This document shows positions 1 through 8,200 of a stretch of DNA of 29,906 bases, in pieces (position 1 is the first letter of the stretch; the number at the start of each line of letters is the position of its first letter). This DNA is from an uncultured bacterium. GTDB lineage: Bacteria > Oederibacteriota > Muellerivitia > Muellerivitales > Muellerivitaceae. A program made the position numbers and the translations under genes. The stretch is taken from the NCBI GenBank assembly GCA_964469185.1, contig CAYXYA010000001.1, positions 1-29,906 of the forward strand. Reading direction: 5' to 3'. Under the pieces are notes generated by a model. It made no database searches. It saw only the letters and a program-made list of their open reading frames with translations, and was not told where the DNA came from.

Positions 1-1671
1 TTGAACGTTCTTTCCGATAATGGCGATGGAACGACAAATTCCATTACTGGGCTTTCAAATTTAGATCTTTCTAAACTCCCGAACGGTTGGAACACCTTCG
101 ACCTGAACACCCCGGTGAACGCCTCTTCTTTGGTTCTGCAATTGACGCCCCAGTCCGGCAGTAGCGCGGCGGGTATCAAGGAAATTGAAGTTTGGGGCAA
201 AGGGCTGGCTTGGAACGTCAAGGATGCCGCCTCTTGGTTGTCGATCTTGTCCTCTTCCTCGGCGCCTTCACCTTCGGTCATCAGCGGCAGGGAATACAGC
301 GCTAATTCTAAAACAGTCACCGTTACGGATTCCAGCTCCTTCACCATCAGCCTTCCCCGCGACGGTCAAAACTTCAAACGGGCCTGGTTGGTATACGACC
401 TTCAAGGGCTTAGCCATTGGATCGCACCCGCGCGTTCCATCAACGGCCAAGCTACGGCGGTGGGATTCCCCTTGCCCGGTAGTTCTGATTGGAACACCCA
501 AGCCGAGCCCATCCATCCCGCGTGGCTGAAACAGGGAAGCAACACGATCACTTTCAGTCTTCCGACCGGCGTGACCAATCCTTATCAAGTTCGTAATGCC
601 CGCGTCATCGGTGAGCTCGACAACGGCGCGAACCTTATCGAAAGCGTGGATACTTCCTCGGGCAGCGGTTCCGTGGTTTTGGATGGCGATGAAACATCCG
701 GTTGGCGTCCTTATGTCGACGGCACCGCCAACGGCGGCACTCCGAGCCTGACTTTCAACCTTTACCGCGCGCAAGAAGTCAGCGGCCTTAAGCTCTATCT
801 CGTGAATCCCTTAAGGGGAAGCGTTCTATTAAGCGTCCTTCAAAACGGCAACTGGTCCAGCCAGGGTAATGCCGCTTCCGGCGGTTTGGGCTCAGGTTGG
901 CAGGATCTCAAAGTCAAAACCACGGGGCCGGTGCAGGCCGTCCGCTTGGAATTCCACGGGGCCGCGGGTAGCGCGTCCGAGATCATGGAAGCCATCGTCT
1001 ATGGGTCGGGTGTGGGCAAGGCTTATGGTTCCAGCATCCAAGTCACCTATCCCGATCAAGGCCAGTTCTTCGGGCGCATGGCCTATATAAGAGGTTTCCT
1101 GGGGTTGGAAGATAACGGCTCAGGCCAGGCGCAGGTCATGGTGGGTCCCAAGCAGGTTTCTCTTATCAATGGCGGTTTTGAAACGACTATCGGCAAAGAC
1201 GAGGTCGGTCTGACGTCCCAAGCGGATAGCGATGCCTGGGCTGTGACGATCACGGCCATCTATCCCGACGGCGCTCAAGTGGTCAAGGTGGTTCAGCTCA
1301 ATCAGTCCCTCAGCAATCCGTCGAATCGGGCGAATTCCAATAAGACGGTCAAAGGCAGTACCTACGGCGTGGTCCTCAAGCCGGGCCAAAAGAAAGTGAT
1401 CCAGGACGAAGACGCTGAGATCGATGTGGATATGGACTCGCTCGCCAAAGCCCTCGATATGAAGATCATTCCCTTGTCACCGGGTGATCTGCCGGACTTA
1501 GAACCGGGTATGACCAACGTGACGGGGCCGAAGTTCATGGGTTACCGGTTCTTGCCGCACGGTAAGCATTTCAAGAATAAAGTCACCATCAAGATCCCTT
1601 ACGACCCCGCGGCGATCCCTTCCGGCAGTACTCCAGCCGACATCAAGACCTATTATTTCAACCAGGAGTAG
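1..1671 (+). CDS. N-terminal segment of the giant Rhs protein: two discoidin/galactose-binding-like beta-sandwich modules and a ZU5-like region (5' partial)
   Basis: Open frame from base 1. Discoidin-like motifs GIKEIEVWG, VLDGDETSGW and SEIMEAIVYG; ZU5-like PHGKHFKNKVTIKIPYD...KTYYF. Confidence 0.6.
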   Translation: MNVLSDNGDGTTNSITGLSNLDLSKLPNGWNTFDLNTPVNASSLVLQLTPQSGSSAAGIKEIEVWGKGLAWNVKDAASWLSILSSSSAPSPSVISGREYSANSKTVTVTDSSSFTISLPRDGQNFKRAWLVYDLQGLSHWIAPARSINGQATAVGFPLPGSSDWNTQAEPIHPAWLKQGSNTITFSLPTGVTNPYQVRNARVIGELDNGANLIESVDTSSGSGSVVLDGDETSGWRPYVDGTANGGTPSLTFNLYRAQEVSGLKLYLVNPLRGSVLLSVLQNGNWSSQGNAASGGLGSGWQDLKVKTTGPVQAVRLEFHGAAGSASEIMEAIVYGSGVGKAYGSSIQVTYPDQGQFFGRMAYIRGFLGLEDNGSGQAQVMVGPKQVSLINGGFETTIGKDEVGLTSQADSDAWAVTITAIYPDGAQVVKVVQLNQSLSNPSNRANSNKTVKGSTYGVVLKPGQKKVIQDEDAEIDVDMDSLAKALDMKIIPLSPGDLPDLEPGMTNVTGPKFMGYRFLPHGKHFKNKVTIKIPYDPAAIPSGSTPADIKTYYFNQE

Positions 1672-1680
1672 GGCCGTTGG

Positions 1681-4600
1681 ATGCCGTTGGACCTTTCGAA
1701 GGTGGATGATAAAAAGCATCTCATCGAAAGCCTGACGGACCATTTCACGGACATCATCAACGCCACCATTACCGTGCCGGACCATCCGCAAGAAACTTCC
1801 TTCAACCCCAATCAGATCAAGGATATCAAGGCCGCCGATCCGGGCGGTGAGATCAATCTTATCGAGCCTCCGCAAGCCGACAACCAAGGAAACGCCAAAC
1901 TTAGCTACCCGATCGAAGCGCCTCCGGGTCGTCATGGATTACAGCCGCAACTTTCAGTCGCCTACAACTCGGATGGTGGTAATAGTTGGATGGGCGTGGG
2001 CTGGGACTTGTCCATGCAGCAGATCACAGTGGAGAGTCGATGGGGAGTTCCGCGTTATATTTCAGGAGCGGAATCCGAAACGTATCTTTTGAACGGGGAA
2101 ATGCTCGTTGAGGAAACTTCTGCGGGCCCTTACTTAGCGCACCGCGCTGCTTCCTTTTTAAGCCCACGGTTATCTGGTTCGGTAACTTTCCATACGCGTG
2201 TGGAAGGGCAGTTCAGACGCATCGTCCGCAAAGGAACCAACCCTCAAGATTATCGTTGGGAAGTGACCGATAAGACGGGAATGACCTCTTATTTCGGAGG
2301 AACATCGTCTGGGCCTGATGGGATCAATTCAGGCGACACCACACGGCTGGGCACTGATGGCGGAAACGTGTATATGTGGGCTTTGAAGGAAATACGCGAC
2401 TTAAATCACAACTTCATGCGTTACCACTACCAAGTGGTGAATTCTTCACCGGGCCGCCAACTTTATATGAGCAACATTACCTATACCGGCAATGGATCGT
2501 CCGAAGGTTCCTATGGAGTTTCATTCATCCGAGACAGTCAAGCGAGTATTGGAGCGAGGCCTGATTCGATCATTAACGCCAAGGGCGGGTTCTTACAGGT
2601 GACTGCCGATCGGCTCCATGTGATCGAAGTGAAGCTGAACAGCAACCTGATACGCCGTTACAAGTTTACCTACGATGTGGGTCCTTTTAATAAGAGTCGT
2701 CTAGTCAAGATCGAGCAATTCGGCTCGGATGGAACTCCATTTGCCGGGAACATACATACGTTCGAATACTTCAACGAGAACGTGAAGGCTTCGGATGGTA
2801 ACTATAACGGTTATGACTCCGCCCAATCCTGGAGCCCCTTCGATGACGGAAGCAAGGCAGGTATCCCTATCCTCGACGATGATTCCTCAAGTTCATTGAG
2901 CGGGTCGATAGGGGATTCGATCGGGGGAAGCGCCTATGTTGGGTTCGGCCCCATCGTGCCGCCGTTCAAAGATCAATCCGCCGGTCCAAAGTTTGGGTTC
3001 AATCATTCAGATTCGTTTGGCTTGCTTTATATGACGCCGCTCAGCGGTACGGGCCTGCCGGATAAAGTTTATCGCAAGGGTTCAAATGTCTATTTCCGGC
3101 CCAATCTGTCCGGACCCGGTAGCTCCGCGAACGATATTAGCTTGAGTAACGCCCAAAGGACCTTTGGCGACAACTCGCATGTGGATGGTTTGCATGATCT
3201 TTCGAAAGAATTCTCGGACACTATTTCCGCTGGCGGGGAATCTTATTTTGGCATTCCCATTATCGGCAACGTGTCATTCACATTTTCAGAAGGTAAGGCT
3301 TATTTCCTCGATGTGAACAGCGATGGAATTCCAGATATGGTGAAGGAAGGTCAGGTGTATTTTGGGCATCGCCGGTTAAACGGGACTGTTTTCTACGATC
3401 AGGACTCAACAACCACTCCCAATCCGTTGGTCATTGGGTCGAGTATATCTAGTTCGATGTTCGAGAGTTTCGAACCGCAGCATCAGCAGAAGATCGATAT
3501 GTCCCCAATGGTTGACACTTTAAGGCGCTGGGTGGCGCCATTTAACGGGATTATCGACATTACGGCTCCTGTATCGCTTCTTCAACCGCCCGCTCTTAGC
3601 CCTGATGATGATCCAAGAACAGATGATGGAGTGAAAGTCAGCATCGAATTAGACCATACGGGATCTTCTCCGGTTGTATTGAAAACCGTTCTTTTGAAAG
3701 GGGATACCAGCACGGGCGGGCCTGATTACGGCGCCCATAACGATCTTTCCATTAGCGGTGTTCATGTTGTCCAAGGAGATCGGATTTATTTCCGTCTCCA
3801 ATCGGGTGATGATACGGCCTCGGACGGCACTTTCGATCAAGTCGGTTGGGATCCACAGATCGATTATTCGAACGTCAATGGCCATTCGCTTCCTGTGCCG
3901 CAAGACGCGAACAATCTTGATCCGGCATCCTATCAGGTGTCTAAAGACTTTACTTTTGCGGGGCTTCGTCAAGCGCAGACGGGTTTGGGTTTTGACGGTA
4001 CCATCCGCTTGAGCGGGGATCTGGTTAAATCTGATACGACCACCGATGACATTACTCTTGTGATCAGTCTTGTCAGCGGCGGGGTCACAACCGTGCTCAA
4101 TGCTGCCACGCCGAACCAAACCCTTACCTGGGACCAAACGGGAACCATCGGTGTATCCTCTACGGGAGCTGCCGGAGGGAACAGGGATATTGTGGTTCAC
4201 GCGCATGACTTCTTGATCCTTCAGGTGCTGGCGGATTCCAATGTCGATCTGACGAAACTTACCTTCAAACCACTTGTCTATTACATCGCTAGTACCGATC
4301 CCAAATTGCCTTCCACCGCTCTTTTCCATCCAATTACGAACGAGCCTCAAACCAAGATCGATATGCCTTACGATATCGAGTTCTATCCGGACAATAAACT
4401 TGCTGACCCTCAAGCGCCCATTACCGTTGTCCGGCCGGAATTCCCGATCCCGACGCCTATTCCTGTTTATCCCGCACCGCCAGCGTTCCCGCCCAACACC
4501 GATCCTCCTGACACTCAAATGACCCCGATTCCGTCGGGTGAAGGTTTATTGCGTTCTCAAAGTACGCTTACCAAAAATGGGGTGACGTCAACTGATGTGG

Positions 4601-5235
4601 TCATCACTGTTTACGCCAAGATCCCGCCTTCGACAATTGAAGTGCCAGTTTTCACACAAACGGTATCCTCGGGGTTCACTGGGAACATGGATATCGCGGG
4701 TGTTTTTGACCAGTTGGTAAAAACGGGAACTACCTTGAGGGTGCATGTGGATGTTGGCACTCAGACTGATTTGAATAAAATTGTTTGGAACCCAACTTTT
4801 TATTACGTCAACCCTTTCCCGCCTGTCTTCACTTCGCCTCCTGCCCAGGCCGGTAAGATCAGCGGCCCCGCAGACTTAGTTACCCCTTATTGCGGTTCAG
4901 GTTCATGCACGCCGGTCATCATTCATACGCCTTATGACATCGATCTTACTTCAACCGGTCCTCTCGTCACGCGAGTCAGATACCTCAATGTCATTCCAAG
5001 CGTCAACGTTACAGCTGGCACTACCGGATCTCTGATATTTACCATCAAGAACGGTGTTGAACGCCTGTTCAAGGAATCTATCGACCTTTCAAATGTTCAG
5101 ACCGACTTCGTGACCGTGAATGTGGGCGTAGTGCCGCCTTTGGAGGTGACGTTAGGTGACCACCTCTATTCCAGCTTTACGGCGCGAGACAAGTCTTTAA
5201 GAACTAAATTTACGGCTACTCTCACTGGTTTCTAA
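1681..5235 (+). CDS. SpvB/TcaC-like N-terminal domain, FG-GAP repeat and inserted beta-rich modules (segment 2 of the giant Rhs)
   Basis: AKLSYPIEAPPGRHGLQPQLSVAYNSDGGNSWMGVGWDL is the SpvB-like signature of TcB/Rhs proteins; FG-GAP/VCBS-type DVNSDGIPD. Confidence 0.8.
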   Translation: MPLDLSKVDDKKHLIESLTDHFTDIINATITVPDHPQETSFNPNQIKDIKAADPGGEINLIEPPQADNQGNAKLSYPIEAPPGRHGLQPQLSVAYNSDGGNSWMGVGWDLSMQQITVESRWGVPRYISGAESETYLLNGEMLVEETSAGPYLAHRAASFLSPRLSGSVTFHTRVEGQFRRIVRKGTNPQDYRWEVTDKTGMTSYFGGTSSGPDGINSGDTTRLGTDGGNVYMWALKEIRDLNHNFMRYHYQVVNSSPGRQLYMSNITYTGNGSSEGSYGVSFIRDSQASIGARPDSIINAKGGFLQVTADRLHVIEVKLNSNLIRRYKFTYDVGPFNKSRLVKIEQFGSDGTPFAGNIHTFEYFNENVKASDGNYNGYDSAQSWSPFDDGSKAGIPILDDDSSSSLSGSIGDSIGGSAYVGFGPIVPPFKDQSAGPKFGFNHSDSFGLLYMTPLSGTGLPDKVYRKGSNVYFRPNLSGPGSSANDISLSNAQRTFGDNSHVDGLHDLSKEFSDTISAGGESYFGIPIIGNVSFTFSEGKAYFLDVNSDGIPDMVKEGQVYFGHRRLNGTVFYDQDSTTTPNPLVIGSSISSSMFESFEPQHQQKIDMSPMVDTLRRWVAPFNGIIDITAPVSLLQPPALSPDDDPRTDDGVKVSIELDHTGSSPVVLKTVLLKGDTSTGGPDYGAHNDLSISGVHVVQGDRIYFRLQSGDDTASDGTFDQVGWDPQIDYSNVNGHSLPVPQDANNLDPASYQVSKDFTFAGLRQAQTGLGFDGTIRLSGDLVKSDTTTDDITLVISLVSGGVTTVLNAATPNQTLTWDQTGTIGVSSTGAAGGNRDIVVHAHDFLILQVLADSNVDLTKLTFKPLVYYIASTDPKLPSTALFHPITNEPQTKIDMPYDIEFYPDNKLADPQAPITVVRPEFPIPTPIPVYPAPPAFPPNTDPPDTQMTPIPSGEGLLRSQSTLTKNGVTSTDVVITVYAKIPPSTIEVPVFTQTVSSGFTGNMDIAGVFDQLVKTGTTLRVHVDVGTQTDLNKIVWNPTFYYVNPFPPVFTSPPAQAGKISGPADLVTPYCGSGSCTPVIIHTPYDIDLTSTGPLVTRVRYLNVIPSVNVTAGTTGSLIFTIKNGVERLFKESIDLSNVQTDFVTVNVGVVPPLEVTLGDHLYSSFTARDKSLRTKFTATLTGF

Positions 5236-5268
5236 GGGGGCGATCGAAACCTCATACCGGATTTCCCC

Positions 5269-8200
5269 ATGCCTTTCACGGTCGATACTTCACCGGATAT
5301 CACAGTTTTTGCTGTGCCATATCGCGGTTGGGCGGTTGCAGGATACAACGGTAATAGAAGCCGCAATGCCGCTCCTGTAGATGAAAGTTTATTGGCACTT
5401 CCCTCGTCAGCGCCTAGTGATTTCACGGATCCAAGTAATGCGTCAAATATGAAAGCCTATTTCTTCATTCCTGACGCGATCAAGGGAAGATGGCGGGGTC
5501 CAGCGGGGGATTCTTGGGCCGCGGCGATTTCAATGAGCTCGACTCGGGCAGGCGAGGAAAACGTAGATGTACCAGACCCGAGCAAATTTGGCGGCAGCGG
5601 TACTCCTGTTCATGTGCCTGGAATTATTCGGCTCAGCAACACGACGCAAGGCCAATTAAGCATCTCCGCGCCTGGGGGCGTATTACCCAGTGGGTTTGAT
5701 CTCGGGGCGGGGGTAAGCAGGGGCGGAAGCGCTGGAACGTTGGACTTTAATGACTTGAACGGAGACGGATACCCCGATGTCGTGGGTAACAAGAATGTTC
5801 AATATACTCTTCCTAATGGCGGCTTGGATTCGCAAGTCGCGACAGGAGTGGTCGATCCAAATAACGTTTTGACTTCCCAACTTCGCTCCTCCGACTTGCT
5901 CTCGGGCAGTGTCAACGCGGATGCCTCCTCGATCCCTGGTCAGAACGCTAATGGCAAGGGTCGTGTACCGCCCTTGACCCTCGCCCAAGTGGACCAGTCA
6001 TTGAAGGGGTTCCAGATGCAGCCCCTTGGGTTCAACGGAAGCTTGGGACTCAACCAAGCCGACGAAAAACAAGAACTCATGGATGTTAATGGCGATGGTC
6101 TGCCGGATATCTTGACACTACAATCCATCGGCGGACAAGACCACTTGATGGTGCGCTATAACCTGGGTTACAAATTTACGACTTCCGCCGAAGACTGGGG
6201 CGTGTTCAAGATCAACAGCAACCAGGGCGATACGGAATCCGGCGGGGTGAACTTAGGATTCAATGTCGATCATTATTCTTTCGCGGGCGGGCTCAATGTG
6301 AATGTGAACCATTTTAACGTCAGCGAATCGTTGGTGGACTTGAACGGCGACGGTCTCCCTGACCACGTACGGCAGGATGGTGGCACCTTAAGGGTCAGCT
6401 TCAATACAGGTCATGGGTTTACCTCAGAAGTAAAATGGCAGGGTGGATCGAGTGATATCAGCAAGGGTGAGGGTAATTCACTCGGCGCTGGCGTGTACGC
6501 CACCATTTATATTCCTATTCCGATTCCTTTCGCTCCGTTCAAGATCGTTATCAACTTCGGGTTTGATGGCGCTCAGGACATGAGCCGCCAGAGGGCTATG
6601 TTCCAGGACATCAACGGAGATGGATATCCCGATCAATTGACTTCTGATAAGGAAGGTGATTTAACGGCGCATTTGAACAAGACGGGCAAAACGAATCTTT
6701 TGAAAGTGGTTCACCGGCCTTTGGGCGCCACTATTACTCTCGATTACAAACGTAATGGCAACACCTTCGCCCAGCCTCATAGCCATTGGGATCTGGCCAA
6801 GGTCGTGGTGTTTGATGGCGGTCAGAACCAAAATACAGCCAATACTTTTGGCCAGCATGGCGCGGACTATCAGGTAACGAAATACAGTTATTTTAGGGGC
6901 TTGGACAAACAAGTTCCCGCGCAGCCTATCAATGTTTATGACCGGTTCGAGAGGGACTTTCTAGGTTATGGTGCGGTGACCGAGACCCAAATGGATACCA
7001 CGGATCTCGATGGTTCAAGTCTTGACAGCGCCACGCCTTACCGTCGTGTCATCCGCGAATATCTGAATACGAATATTTATGAAAAAGGTTTGATGACCAA
7101 AGAAACAACGGATGATGTGACTGCGGGCCTTACTTCGCCTTCGCCATTCTTGGAGGCTGATAATACTTATCAATTGGTGGATGTCGATGCTGGCGGAACG
7201 ATAAATCAGTCGGATATTAGTCTTCATCATCCTCAGCAGGTAATTTTCCCGCAAGCAGTGACCATGACTAAGAAATTCTTCGAAGGTGGAACGGGAGAAA
7301 TCGACACCTTCCAGACTTTCACCTATGATCAATTTGGTAACGTCGTGAATTACTTCGACAACGGCAACTCAAACGATGCAGGTACTCAAGTAATGGCAAC
7401 GATATCTTATCTGCCGGATGGTAACCCCTATCTAGCAGGTCTGCCAACGACCATTTTAGTGACCGACAACACGAACACGACTTTACGCCGCCGTGAAGCG
7501 GTTTATGACATATCTACAGGAAACTTAAAAATAGTCAGGCAATACATTGATGGAACGCACACCGCCGAAACGGTCATGACGTATGACAATTCGAACGGCA
7601 ACTTACTTACTACAACGGCACCCGCAAACCTGAACAATCAAAATTATCAACTGAATTACTTGTACGACACTACTGTTCAAACCTATCCAGCCTTGGTTAC
7701 TGACAACCCCCTGCATTACACTTCTTCGATGGCCTATGATTTGAGGTTTGGTAAACCGGTATCGCAAGTGGATGAGAACAGCAAATTGATTACGATGACT
7801 TATGATCCATTTGGGCGCACTGTGACCATTGTTGGACCCTTTGAAACGGGGCCTGATACCCAAGTGCCCAGCAGTTACACGATTGCTTTCGACTATCATC
7901 CGGATGTTTCGGTCCCATACGCGCATACGGCTCACTTCGACAACCAGCATCCGGGCGACCCCATCGAAACGATTTTGTTTACCGATGGGTTGAAGCGCGT
8001 TATTCAAACGAAGAAAGATGATGCGGTTGCTTTGTCGGCGGGTGTATTGCCCACGGACGTTATGACCGTCTCGGGCCGTGTGGTGTTCGACCAAGTTGGC
8101 CGCACTATTCAGCAGTATTATCCTATCACTGAACCTAAGGGTTCGGTTTTTACGGAAAACGCTATGTTAAACATAAATTATGATTCTGATACTTCTGGTG

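Noticed and set aside
1669-5235. Genetic-code reassignment as the explanation for the internal stops
   Set aside because: Two different stop codons are involved, and TAA, TAG and TGA all terminate neighbouring genes normally.
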